A stretch of DNA of 39,402 bases, from positions 1-39,402 of the IMG/VR virus record IMGVR_UViG_3300020045_002177; one strand, 5' to 3'. How positions within the stretch are numbered: position 1 is the first letter of the stretch; each line of letters starts with the position of its first letter. Position numbers and translations under genes: made by a program. Below, in pieces: positions 1-9,175 of the stretch. This DNA comes from a virus. Lineage: Duplodnaviria; Caudoviricetes. Under the pieces are notes generated by a model, which made no database searches, was not told the origin of the DNA, and saw only the letters and a program-made list of their open reading frames with translations.

Positions 1-117
1 AATTACTGCTTCTGATTAAACGTCTTGTGGTGGTTCTTCGTCCAACCAAATGAAATCAACTTCTGTACCTTGCCATGTCTCCCGACCCTGTTCGTAAGTC
101 TTGAGCACGATATTAGA
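1..117 (-). repeat. Inverted copy of terL internal segment 1707-1823 (116/117 identical)
   Basis: The reverse complement of 1-117 matches 1707-1823 with one mismatch (position 16 vs 1808, TAC->TAA in the terL frame). Confidence 0.95.
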
Positions 118-300
118 TTTAAGATACATTGCTAAATCTTATCGGGCGAATAACCCCCGAGCCTCTATTCAACCCTTGGAGGGAATAACTTCAAACAAGG
201 GTAGATAGAACAAACAAGGATACTGGCGACGGTGCAGACTCTTCGGTGAAGAGTAAGTACAGTAGGAAAGAGCTCGTGACTCTCAAAAAACATTCCTTGT
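115..300 (+). ncRNA. Putative structured non-coding RNA or 5' leader upstream of terS
   Basis: No sizeable ORF. Stems found by eye: 115-121/133-139, 142-146/156-160, 164-168/205-209, 172-178/196-202, 179-182/189-192, 214-220/294-300, 221-225/260-264, 238-244/248-254, 269-272/280-283. Strand is assumed. Confidence 0.4.
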
Positions 301-359
301 AATACGATAAGAGATAAGAGTACCCTCACTTAAGAAGTAAAGCAGACAAGTTAGACGTA

Positions 360-480
360 CAAGTGGATACTAGATATAGATACTATAGACTAGATATACT
401 GCACTTGAGCTAACTAGGGGGGTAGGGGTTTATCTAAAATTTAAAAGTAATATAGATTAAGTACCTAACTAAATTTTAAA
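360..480. other. Low-complexity TAGA(T/C)A repeats, G-run and AT-rich inverted repeat upstream of terS; possible packaging/terminus region
   Basis: GATACTAGATATAGATACTATAGACTAGATATACT is bracketed by CAAGTG/CACTTG. GGGGGGTAGGGG lies at 417-428, and TAAAATTTA 436-444 pairs with TAAATTTTA 470-478. Confidence 0.3.
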
Positions 481-511
481 ATAATAAATTATCAAGAAAG
501 AGGAGAACACA

Positions 512-1186
512 GTGAGTAAAAAAGGTGAGTATATACCTCGCAAAGATAGAGAATATATTAAAAGAACAGAGGCAGAAGACCCAACCAAATACCCTCTTAC
601 AGTAACAAGAGCACCAAGAGCTAAATACACCAAAGAAGAAAGAGAAGAAGAAGCTGATCCAAAGATACTCAAGAAAGTAAATCAGAATGTAACAAAACCT
701 ATCATGCGTCTCAGTCGCTTCGGAAGACCTAAAAAATATACCCCAACTAAAATGAGAAATAAAATTAACGATTATTTCTGTCATTGTGAAAAAAGAGATA
801 TGGTTCCTTCAATAAAAGGAATGATGCTTTATCTTCAAATGCAACCAGAACAAATTTATACTTATGATAAATATCCAGAGTTTAAAGAGTTGCTTACTAA
901 TGCTCGTATGTGTATTGCAGAATGGATGGAATCAGATGTGTATCAAGCAAAAGGGCAAGCAGCAGGTAAGCTTGCTTATATGCAAAACCTACACAACTGG
1001 TCAAATAAAAATGAAACAGAAATAAAAGAAAGAGAAATTACAGTTGAAGAAGCACAAGCTAAGATTGCTATGCTTGCTCCTGCTCTTTTAGAGATGTTAA
1101 AGAATCCAGAAATACTTGCTATGCTAATGCCTAAACCAGAAACTATAGAGCTTGAATCTATAAAGGATGCTGATAAAGATGAGTAA
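512..1186 (+). CDS. terS: Terminase small subunit
   Basis: GTG start with GAGGAG RBS; GRPKKY motif, PSIKGMMLYL HTH-like segment and YMQNLHNW typical of DNA-packaging gp3-like small terminases; directly upstream of TerL. Confidence 0.85.
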   Translation: MSKKGEYIPRKDREYIKRTEAEDPTKYPLTVTRAPRAKYTKEEREEEADPKILKKVNQNVTKPIMRLSRFGRPKKYTPTKMRNKINDYFCHCEKRDMVPSIKGMMLYLQMQPEQIYTYDKYPEFKELLTNARMCIAEWMESDVYQAKGQAAGKLAYMQNLHNWSNKNETEIKEREITVEEAQAKIAMLAPALLEMLKNPEILAMLMPKPETIELESIKDADKDE

Positions 1187-2672
1187 ACTATTAGATAATC
1201 TAACAGTATCTTTAGCTGAGACATATACTAAACAGCTAAATGAGCAGCAACGCAGAGAGTTGATGAAAGCTATTGAAATAGTAGCTACTAGTCAACGCTA
1301 TAACAAAATAGATTCAATGTTTAAAGATCAAGGTGATTTTTGTAGAGCTAAATATAAAAAGCACATGGAAATAATTAAAGCTGGCGCTTCTTATAGACAA
1401 CGTCTATTTATGGCTGCTAACCGTGTAGGAAAGTCAGAACTAGGTGCTTTTGAAGTTTATTGTCATGCTACAGGTAAATACCCTCATTGGTGGGATGGTA
1501 AGAGATTTAACAGACCAGTAATGATCTGGATAGGTGGAGATACAGCAACTACAGTTCGTGATATTCTTCAAAAGAAACTGCTAGGGGATATTGGAGATTT
1601 TGGTTCTGGTATGCTCAGAAAAGAGGATATAGTTGAAACAAAAACTAGAAGGAACGTACCAGACGCTATTGAGACTATTCGAGTACAGCACATTACTGGT
1701 GGGGTGTCTAATATCGTGCTCAAGACTTACGAACAGGGTCGGGAGACATGGCAAGGTACAGAAGTTGATTTCATTTGGTTGGACGAAGAACCACCACAAG
1801 ACGTTTACTCAGAAGCAGTAATTCGTACTATGACTACTAATGGGGTCGTTCTTTTAACATTTACTCCGTTACGTGGTTTATCTGATGTTGTTTTATCTTT
1901 CATGGAGTCTGACCAAGCTGCTAAAGAATCTACTAGTAAGTTTACTGTTATAGCTACTTGGGATGATGTACCGCACTTAACTAAAGAAGCAAAAGAAGAA
2001 CTAATCTTAACAATACCACCAAATGAAAGAGATGCTCGTTCTAAAGGTATTCCTGTTATTGGTTCTGGTCGTATTTATCCTATGGATGCTGATAAGATTG
2101 TAGTCAATGATTTTCCTCTTGCTAAACACTTCCCTAAAGCTTATGCTCTAGACGTTGGTTGGAATAAAACGGCTGCTCTTTGGGGCGCTCTAGATAGAGA
2201 TACAGACGTACTTTATATTTACTCAGAGCACTACGCAGGAGAACAAGAACCTATTATGCACGCAAAAGCTATTAACTCTAGGGGCGCTTGGATAAAGGGA
2301 GTTATTGATCCAGCTTCTAGGGGGCGCAGCCAAGTAGATGGAAGAAAGCTTTTTGATATGTATTCTTTACCAGAAAATAGAGGTGGGTGTGGACTAAAAA
2401 TATATCCTGCTGATAACGCTGTAGAGGCTGGTATATATGAAGTTTGGTCACGTATGCAAACAGGTAGATTAAAGATTTTCAAATCATGCACAAACCTCCT
2501 TAAAGAGTTATCCCTATATCATAGAGATGAAAAAGGTAGAATAGTTAAAAAGAATGACCACTTAGTTGATACACTTAGATATCTTGTTATGAGTGGTCTT
2601 CCTATTGCTTCTTGTCAATTAGAAGTAGTTCCACGAAGAGATAATGTAATTAACTATGAGGCATGGTGCTAA
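1179..2672 (+). CDS. terL: Terminase large subunit
   Basis: Walker A AANRVGKS, Walker B FIWLDEEP, coupling motif TFTP, RNase H-like nuclease acidic residues (ALDVGW, DHLVDTLRY). Alternative start at 1167. Confidence 0.97.
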   Translation: MSKLLDNLTVSLAETYTKQLNEQQRRELMKAIEIVATSQRYNKIDSMFKDQGDFCRAKYKKHMEIIKAGASYRQRLFMAANRVGKSELGAFEVYCHATGKYPHWWDGKRFNRPVMIWIGGDTATTVRDILQKKLLGDIGDFGSGMLRKEDIVETKTRRNVPDAIETIRVQHITGGVSNIVLKTYEQGRETWQGTEVDFIWLDEEPPQDVYSEAVIRTMTTNGVVLLTFTPLRGLSDVVLSFMESDQAAKESTSKFTVIATWDDVPHLTKEAKEELILTIPPNERDARSKGIPVIGSGRIYPMDADKIVVNDFPLAKHFPKAYALDVGWNKTAALWGALDRDTDVLYIYSEHYAGEQEPIMHAKAINSRGAWIKGVIDPASRGRSQVDGRKLFDMYSLPENRGGCGLKIYPADNAVEAGIYEVWSRMQTGRLKIFKSCTNLLKELSLYHRDEKGRIVKKNDHLVDTLRYLVMSGLPIASCQLEVVPRRDNVINYEAWC

Positions 2673-2674
2673 TT

Positions 2675-3181
2675 ATGAAATATAAAGTAGATATGCAAAT
2701 GCAGCAGCTTACTTTAATAGAAAAACTAGATAATGGTTTTTGGTTATGTGCTTGTTCTTGTGGTAACACTTGTAAGATACATAGAGCAAACTTAAATAGA
2801 CAAAAATCTTGTGGTTGTTTACGTAAAGAAAATGGCCTTAAGTGGGGAAAGGCTTATGGCCCAAATCAAAAAACAAGGTTAATACATGGACATTCAGTAC
2901 ATACAGGAGTATCTAAATACTATAATGCTTGGTCAAGTATGAAAAAGCGTTGCTATAATCCAAAAGCACAACAATATGCACATTATGGTGCAAGAGGTAT
3001 TACTGTTTGTAGTGAGTGGTTAAATTCTTTTGAAGCCTTTTATAAAGATATGGGTGATGCTCCCACTCAAAAGCACCAACTTGATAGAATTAATAACGAT
3101 GGTAACTACGAACCTAATAATTGTAGATGGGCTACTTCTAGTGAAAATCTAAGTAATAGAAGAAAATTCAAGAAAAAATAA
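2675..3181 (+). CDS. HNH homing endonuclease
   Basis: CSCGN...SCGC, WSSMKKRCYNP...YGARGITVCSEW...LDRINNDGNYEPNNCRWAT is a classic phage HNH signature. Confidence 0.9.
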   Translation: MKYKVDMQMQQLTLIEKLDNGFWLCACSCGNTCKIHRANLNRQKSCGCLRKENGLKWGKAYGPNQKTRLIHGHSVHTGVSKYYNAWSSMKKRCYNPKAQQYAHYGARGITVCSEWLNSFEAFYKDMGDAPTQKHQLDRINNDGNYEPNNCRWATSSENLSNRRKFKKK

Positions 3182-3187
3182 TTATAG

Positions 3188-3204
3188 ACGATATTTAATT
3201 ATAA
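3188..3204 (+). promoter_or_regulatory. Candidate late promoter/activator motif ACGATATTTAATTATAA
   Basis: 16/17 identical to the intergenic motif at 22615-22631; both precede an RBS. Confidence 0.55.
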
Positions 3205-3219
3205 GTAAAGGAGAATCAA

Positions 3220-3642
3220 ATGGCAAGTCCTAAAGAAGTCCTTCAAAAAGTAGTTAAATATAGTGAACCACATTCTAGTAAGAATGTTATTTGTGAACTT
3301 ATATCTAAAGCTTTTACTACACGAAATCTTCTTCATTTTGCACATTGGAATACAAAGAGCTTTGCTCAACATTCGGCTCTTGGTGATCTCTATGATGCTA
3401 TTATTGATGATATAGATGAAATAGTAGAAACATATCAAGGCAAGTATGGTCTTGTAAAAGAACTTTATACAGAAGCAACTAAACTACCTTCTGATATTTG
3501 CAAGCATGTTAAAGATGAAGCACAATGGGTAGAAGATAATCGAATGTTTATTTCTCAGGGAGATACAGCAATTGAAAATCTTATAGATACTCTCGTAGGA
3601 CACTATCACAAAACAGTTTATAAGTTGGAAAATCTATCTTAA
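3220..3642 (+). CDS. DUF5856-like ferritin/Dps-fold protein
   Basis: HFAHWNTKSFAQHSALGDLYD...IDEIVETYQGKYG and C-terminal IENLIDTLV..YHKTVYKL; AAGGAG RBS. Confidence 0.75.
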   Translation: MASPKEVLQKVVKYSEPHSSKNVICELISKAFTTRNLLHFAHWNTKSFAQHSALGDLYDAIIDDIDEIVETYQGKYGLVKELYTEATKLPSDICKHVKDEAQWVEDNRMFISQGDTAIENLIDTLVGHYHKTVYKLENLS

Positions 3643-3655
3643 AAAGGGAGTATTT

Positions 3656-3805
3656 ATGGCAAATCCATTTGAAATCATGAAAAAGGCTATGGGAAACAAA
3701 GGGCCACTAGGTAAAGAAGGGGCCGCACCAGCAAAAGAACTACCAGCTTTTCTTAAAAAAGGCAAAAAAGACGCAGGTAAGAAAATACCAACAAAAAAGG
3801 GTTAA
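3656..3805 (+). CDS. Small Lys-rich protein (49 aa, below ORF-track cutoff)
   Basis: AGGGAG RBS; MANPFEIMKKAMGNKGPLGKEGAAPAKELPAFLKKGKKDAGKKIPTKKG; fills the gap before the portal gene. Confidence 0.75.
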   Translation: MANPFEIMKKAMGNKGPLGKEGAAPAKELPAFLKKGKKDAGKKIPTKKG

Positions 3806-3808
3806 TCT

Positions 3809-5929
3809 ATGACAGTAGCCTCCATGAATCTACAAGAAACACTTGCACAAGAGGAAGCTAAACAAGCACTTCGAGCCAAAGAAGATGCTGTTTTAGAGGC
3901 TACTATGCAAGAAAAACAAGAAAATGTTATTAGTAAGCTCTCTCTTCACGTAGATAATATCTGGAAGAAGGCTAGAGAAGCTAATAAAGACCCTAGAACA
4001 GAGATGATTGCCTCTTTACAGCAATGTAAAGGTAAATATTCTGATAATAAACTAGGGGCTATTCGTGCTTTTAAAGGATCAGAGCATTTTATTCGTAATG
4101 CAGAGAATAAAGCAAGGGCCGCAGAGTCTTGGATCAAAGATATCTATCGTGGAGACTCTGATATTCCTTGGACACTAGAACCTACCACTATATCTGACCT
4201 ACCAGAAGAGACTCAAGAAGCTATTATTGCAGAAGTTAAACAGAAGAGCATAGAACTTATTAAACAAGCTGCAATTGTAGAAGCACAATCAGGTATTCAA
4301 GTACCAGAAGCAGCTATAGCCAAGCATCTTACAGAGATGCAAGGTAAATTAATGGATGCAGCCCAAAAAGTACAGACCAAGCAAGCCAATGATCGCTGTA
4401 AACGGGCTGCACTCATTATAAAAGATCAGAATGAAGAGGGTGGGTGGAATAAAGCCTTTAAAGAATTCCTTTGGTACTTTACTAGGACTAAAGCTGGTAT
4501 TATAAAAGGCCCAATTCTTTCTAAAAAGAAGAAACAAGTATGGAAAAAAGATGTGGATGGTTCTTTTAGTTTAGATACTGTTGATACACTTGTTCCTGAT
4601 GTTTATTGTGTTTCTCCTTTTAACTTCTTTCCAGTAGCAGGTATGACTGACCCTAATGATGGTGATTTAATTGAGATTCATACTCTAACAAAACAATCTA
4701 TTACTGATCTAATAGGTGTTCCGGGTTACTCAGAAGACAATATTCGTAGAGTTCTTGCTGATATAGAAGGTAATCGTCTTAAACCAGATTGGATTACTAT
4801 TGATGATGAAGAACAAGTTAAGCGAGTAGAAAAGAACGCTAAACAAACACAACACTCTTTATCTATCCCAAAAACAAAAATACAAGCTATGGAGTTTTGG
4901 GGTACTGTTCCCGGTAAATACCTTATTCAATGGGGTATGGAAGGTGAGATAGACCCTGAGATGCAATACCAAGTTGATTGTTGGAAAATAGGTGAGCATG
5001 TTATTAAAGCTGTTTTTAATCCAGATAATCTTGGAAGAAAACCTTATCATGTATCTTCTTGGTCTAAAAACCCTGCTTGGATATGGGGAGAAGGTCTTGT
5101 AGAGTTTATTAAAGATATTGAAGAGATTTGTAATGCTATTGTTCGTGCTCTTGTGAATAACATTGGTATAGCAAGTGGCCCTCAAGTTGAAGTAAATAAA
5201 GATAGGTGTGATGATAAATCACCTATTTATCCGTGGAAGAGATGGGAATCTACTTCTGCTCAAATGAAAGAAAGTGCGGCTATTGCTTTCTATCAACCTC
5301 AAATGCAAGCTGAGTCCTTAGTGAACGCCTATCAGTTTTTTGCTAGACTTATGGATGAACACTCAGTACCAGCATACGCTCAAGGAGCTTCGCAGTCGGG
5401 CGTAACAGCAGGGACGGCTACTGTGTTTACACAGCTCCTTGCCGCTGCCAGCCGCTCTATTAAAGCAGTTGTAGCTAATATTGATGATGATATTATAACA
5501 CCTTATATTTCTATGTGTTATGATTACAACATGAAATTTAGTGAAGATGCTTCTATTAAAGGTGATGCTAGAGTTGTAGCTAAAGGTGTTGCTGGTCTTC
5601 TTGCAAAAGAACAAGCTGCTAACAGAAAAACAGAGTTTCTTAATGCTGCTGCAAATCCAACATTTAGTCAAATTCTTGGTACTAAAAATATTTCTTATAT
5701 GCTTAAAGAAATTGCTAGAGCTAATGATTTGGAACTACCAGATGAAGATCACTTTGATAAAGTAGGGGATTTCTTAGATCGTCAAATGATGGCTACTATG
5801 ATGGGCCAGTCAGAAGATGGTGGTGATGTTAATGGTCAAGTAGATGCTGGTGGTACTCCACCTAAAAGTGCTGTTAATGGGCCAGATGGTAACCCACTCG
5901 GATCAGCAGAACTACAACGAGGAGCATAA
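3809..5929 (+). CDS. Portal protein
   Basis: 706 aa between terminase and scaffold; NPDNLGRKPYH, WGEGL...CNAIVRALVNNIGIASGPQVEV and TAGTA motifs typical of podoviral portals. Confidence 0.9.
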   Translation: MTVASMNLQETLAQEEAKQALRAKEDAVLEATMQEKQENVISKLSLHVDNIWKKAREANKDPRTEMIASLQQCKGKYSDNKLGAIRAFKGSEHFIRNAENKARAAESWIKDIYRGDSDIPWTLEPTTISDLPEETQEAIIAEVKQKSIELIKQAAIVEAQSGIQVPEAAIAKHLTEMQGKLMDAAQKVQTKQANDRCKRAALIIKDQNEEGGWNKAFKEFLWYFTRTKAGIIKGPILSKKKKQVWKKDVDGSFSLDTVDTLVPDVYCVSPFNFFPVAGMTDPNDGDLIEIHTLTKQSITDLIGVPGYSEDNIRRVLADIEGNRLKPDWITIDDEEQVKRVEKNAKQTQHSLSIPKTKIQAMEFWGTVPGKYLIQWGMEGEIDPEMQYQVDCWKIGEHVIKAVFNPDNLGRKPYHVSSWSKNPAWIWGEGLVEFIKDIEEICNAIVRALVNNIGIASGPQVEVNKDRCDDKSPIYPWKRWESTSAQMKESAAIAFYQPQMQAESLVNAYQFFARLMDEHSVPAYAQGASQSGVTAGTATVFTQLLAAASRSIKAVVANIDDDIITPYISMCYDYNMKFSEDASIKGDARVVAKGVAGLLAKEQAANRKTEFLNAAANPTFSQILGTKNISYMLKEIARANDLELPDEDHFDKVGDFLDRQMMATMMGQSEDGGDVNGQVDAGGTPPKSAVNGPDGNPLGSAELQRGA

Positions 5930-6186
5930 TGTCTGAGATTAATCTAAAACAAATAGCAAGACTACAACATATTTCAGAAGGTATGGAATTGTTAGAGTAC
6001 TTAGATCAAACAATTAAAGATACTTATAAACAACTTATTTATTGTAGTCCAGAATTAAGAGAAGTGTTTGCAGGTAGAGCACAAGCTTATACAGAGATTA
6101 AAGATTTTATTATTAATGCCGACATTATAACTAATGATTTAGTGCAACAAAAGTCTCAATCTGAAATGGCAGGTTGGGCATCTTAA
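5929..6186 (+). CDS. Small head-associated protein
   Basis: Coupled to the portal stop (TAATG); AGRAQAY motif is common in small post-portal proteins. Confidence 0.7.
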   Translation: MSEINLKQIARLQHISEGMELLEYLDQTIKDTYKQLIYCSPELREVFAGRAQAYTEIKDFIINADIITNDLVQQKSQSEMAGWAS

Positions 6187-6278
6187 TGGAACTTAATTCT
6201 TCTTACCTTTAAATAGGCGAAGAATAATTCTAATACAAATCGGGATATAGGTTAGCCCTACCCCAAAAGGAGAAGTAA

Positions 6279-7190
6279 ATGTCACAATCAGTAATTCCGT
6301 CCCAAGTAGAAGAAGCAGCAGAACTAGCAGAAAAGTTATTTGAGCAAATGAACAAGGCAACAAAAGTAGAAGAGGAAGAAGAGATAACGTCTGATGAAGA
6401 CCCCTCTGATGAAGAAGATGATCTTGAAGATGAAGAAGAGATTGAGGAAGAAGAGGAAGAACTTGATCCTAAAGAGCTAAAGAAATGGCGTGATCGCTAC
6501 CTTACGCTCCAAGGTAAATATAATGCAGAAGTTCCTCGACTAGCATCTCAACTTAAAGAACTTCAAGAACAATTAACTAAAGCCCCTTCTAAAGAAGTAG
6601 CAGATGCTTCTGTTGAAGATGAAGATGATTTTGAAGCTGTATATGGTGCTGATTTTGTAGATAATATTCGCAAACTTATTAATAAAACCGTACAGCAAGA
6701 AATTAAACCTGTTACTGAAAAAGTTGATCTTGTAGAAACTACTCAACGTAACGATGCTGCTGAAAGCTTTAAATCTTATTTAGATGAAAATGCAGAGGGA
6801 TGGAGAGATTTGTGGGAAGGTAAGGATAAGGGCTTTGTAAAGTTCTTAGAACAACCAGACCCATCAGGTCTATACACAAATGGCGAACTACTCGGAATGT
6901 ATAATGAGAGATGGGACGCTGATAAAATGGTAAAGTTATTTAATTTATATAAAGGTGATAAAGCACCTACTAAACAAAAAGAATCTCTATCTAAAGAGCA
7001 AGAAGCTATGATTGCTCCTAGTCGATCTAAAACAAATGCTGAACCAGCGTCTAAAGAAAAGAAAATCTGGACTCAAGACTCTATGAAAGAATTTGAACAA
7101 AAAGATAGACAAGGTAAGTACTCAGATGAAGAAAGTCAGGCTATGTGGGCTGATCTACTTGCTGCTGCTAATGAAGGTAGAATTCGCTAA
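6279..7190 (+). CDS. Capsid scaffolding protein
   Basis: Highly acidic N-terminus, RYLTLQGKYNAEVPRL coiled coil, C-terminal EGRIR; directly upstream of the major capsid gene. Confidence 0.8.
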   Translation: MSQSVIPSQVEEAAELAEKLFEQMNKATKVEEEEEITSDEDPSDEEDDLEDEEEIEEEEEELDPKELKKWRDRYLTLQGKYNAEVPRLASQLKELQEQLTKAPSKEVADASVEDEDDFEAVYGADFVDNIRKLINKTVQQEIKPVTEKVDLVETTQRNDAAESFKSYLDENAEGWRDLWEGKDKGFVKFLEQPDPSGLYTNGELLGMYNERWDADKMVKLFNLYKGDKAPTKQKESLSKEQEAMIAPSRSKTNAEPASKEKKIWTQDSMKEFEQKDRQGKYSDEESQAMWADLLAAANEGRIR

Positions 7191-7213
7191 CCTAATTATG
7201 GAGGAATAATATT

Positions 7214-8179
7214 ATGGCTGTTTATCCTGTCGCTCCCGGTAATCCAGATTATAGTTCAACATCAACTAATGCGTATATCCCTGCGATTTACTCTGCTCTC
7301 CTAATCAAGAAGTTCTATCCTGCTACCGTATGGGGTGAAATTTCTAATACTGCCTATGAAGGTGATATTAAGAATAGTGGAGATACTGTGTATATTCGCA
7401 CTCGTCCAACCATCGAAACCTTTAGCTACAAAAAAGGTATGGTTCTTCCTATTCAGAATCCAGAATCTCCTTATGTCACTCTCAAGATTGACCAAGGTGA
7501 AGGCTTCTCTTTTGCACTTGACCGTGTAGACGAATTCCAATCTGATATTAAACTTATGACTACTTGGGCAGAAGATGCTACCGAGCAGATGAAGCAAGTT
7601 ATTGACCGCAAGGTTCTACAGTTCCTTTCTCGTGGTACTGTAAACGGTGCTTCTCTTGTTATGGGTGGTTCTTATACTTCTCTTCTAGGTACAACTGCAA
7701 CTCTAGGTACTTACGCTTCTCCGGGTACTGATATTTATAGTGCTACTGTAGCTACTTATGCAACGAACCTTCTAAATAGGATTCTAACTTATGCTCAACT
7801 TCTAGACGAGAATAATGTTCCTGATGATGATCGTTTCGTTATTTTACCTCCTGCTGCTATTCAAGTACTCAAGCAGTCTGATCTAAAGCTTGCTTATCTA
7901 ACTGGTGATTCCATATCTCCAATTAGAAATGGTAAAGTTGGTATGATTGATAGGTTTAAGATTTTCTCTTCTAACAACCTAGATCGTAAAGCTGCTAACC
8001 AAGCAGGTATAATCTTCGGACATAAATATGCTACTACCTTCGCAACTCAAATTACAGAGTCTCGTATTATTGAGAATCCTTTTGCCTTCGGTAAAATGAT
8101 GCAAGGTCTACAAGTTTACGGCTTCTCTGTTGTTAAAGGCAATATGATTGGTGTAGACTTCCAGCAAATTTCTGCTTAA
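7214..8179 (+). CDS. Major capsid protein (P22-coat-like, HK97 fold)
   Basis: YIPAIYS...NTAYEGDIKNSGDTVYI, LTIDQ-like LKIDQ, GLQVYG; strong RBS and biased codon use. Confidence 0.92.
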   Translation: MAVYPVAPGNPDYSSTSTNAYIPAIYSALLIKKFYPATVWGEISNTAYEGDIKNSGDTVYIRTRPTIETFSYKKGMVLPIQNPESPYVTLKIDQGEGFSFALDRVDEFQSDIKLMTTWAEDATEQMKQVIDRKVLQFLSRGTVNGASLVMGGSYTSLLGTTATLGTYASPGTDIYSATVATYATNLLNRILTYAQLLDENNVPDDDRFVILPPAAIQVLKQSDLKLAYLTGDSISPIRNGKVGMIDRFKIFSSNNLDRKAANQAGIIFGHKYATTFATQITESRIIENPFAFGKMMQGLQVYGFSVVKGNMIGVDFQQISA

Positions 8180-8191
8180 TATTTAACTAAC

Positions 8192-8212
8192 GGGGGAGCT
8201 AACTACTCCCCC
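8192..8212 (+). other. GC-rich hairpin after the capsid gene (mRNA stabiliser or attenuator)
   Basis: GGGGGAG-CTAACTA-CTCCCCC-type stem with no U-tract. Confidence 0.5.
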
Positions 8213-8250
8213 ACAACTATATACTTTTAAAGATATAAAGGAGATATAAT

Positions 8251-8694
8251 ATGGCTGCTGTTTCTAATCAAACTATTACCGAAAAGCGTACAAGTGCCGC
8301 TGCGGTAGCTACAAAAGAACATGCTGTGTATACCCGTACTGTTACTTTTGCACTCACAGGTGGTGAGACGGCTGGTACTGCTAACCTTACAGGCTTTACC
8401 ATTCCTAAAGACACACTTATTATGGGTGGATCAGTTAAATTTTCTGCTGACCAAGGCGCTACTGCTACCTTTAAATTTTCACTTACAACTGATGGTGATT
8501 TCTGTACTGCACTTGCTTATAATAGTGTAGCCCGTAAAGCACTTAATGTACCTATTCCTCTAGTATCAACTGATGATCGTGTTGTAACTTATACTACTGC
8601 CGCTGCCGCTGTAACTGCCGCTACTGTAGAACTTACTCTTGTTCTCTGTGCTGTAGGCCCAAAAGCTACTGATATTACAACTTATTCTAACTAA
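8251..8694 (+). CDS. Probable capsid decoration / minor capsid protein
   Basis: Ala/Thr-rich beta-type 147-aa protein right after the major capsid gene; AAGGAG RBS. Confidence 0.6.
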   Translation: MAAVSNQTITEKRTSAAAVATKEHAVYTRTVTFALTGGETAGTANLTGFTIPKDTLIMGGSVKFSADQGATATFKFSLTTDGDFCTALAYNSVARKALNVPIPLVSTDDRVVTYTTAAAAVTAATVELTLVLCAVGPKATDITTYSN

Positions 8695-8753
8695 TAATTA
8701 GAGTTCCCGAACTTATCGGGCTTGTGAGACTACCTCTCTTGGTAGCATGGTAT

Positions 8754-8778
8754 GGGGGCTTTATGCCCCCTTATCTTT
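8754..8778 (+). terminator. Intrinsic terminator
   Basis: GGGGGC-TTTAT-GCCCCC followed by TTATCTTT. Confidence 0.7.
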
Positions 8779-8803
8779 AACAACAACTTTTAAGGAGACA
8801 GCA

Positions 8804-9175
8804 ATGCCCTTGTTTATGAGAAGAAAAGGTACACAATTTAATGGCCCATTTAATCCAGATGTCTATGAAAATGATCCATCAGAATACGAATTATTTGATA
8901 ATATTGAAGACCTCCTAGAAAGTTTAGGTGTTGTAGATGTTAAACAAGAACAAAATGAAGTACGCCAAGTAAATGCACAAAAGAATAATCTTGCAATGAA
9001 TGAAGAAGATAAAATGTCTTCTTTAGTAAATGCAATTAATCTTTTACCCCCTAACCTATTTATTACATATCAAGGTAAAAAACAGCCAAAGCTTAGTGAT
9101 GTTGAAGCAATAGTTGGTTTTAAAGTAAGTGCTAAACAACTACAACAAGCAATGGATAAAATAGAGGATAAATAA
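8804..9175 (+). CDS. Hypothetical protein (virion module)
   Basis: Start moved to ATG 8804 after an AAGGAG RBS; C-terminal PKLSDVEAIVGFKVSAKQL. Confidence 0.7.
   Translation: MPLFMRRKGTQFNGPFNPDVYENDPSEYELFDNIEDLLESLGVVDVKQEQNEVRQVNAQKNNLAMNEEDKMSSLVNAINLLPPNLFITYQGKKQPKLSDVEAIVGFKVSAKQLQQAMDKIEDK

Noticed and set aside
223-284. Hammerhead-like arrangement CTGGCGA...GAAA-stem-CTC within the structured leader
   Set aside because: The core has G where CUGANGA requires A, and stems I and II do not pair next to the core, so it is not a canonical hammerhead.
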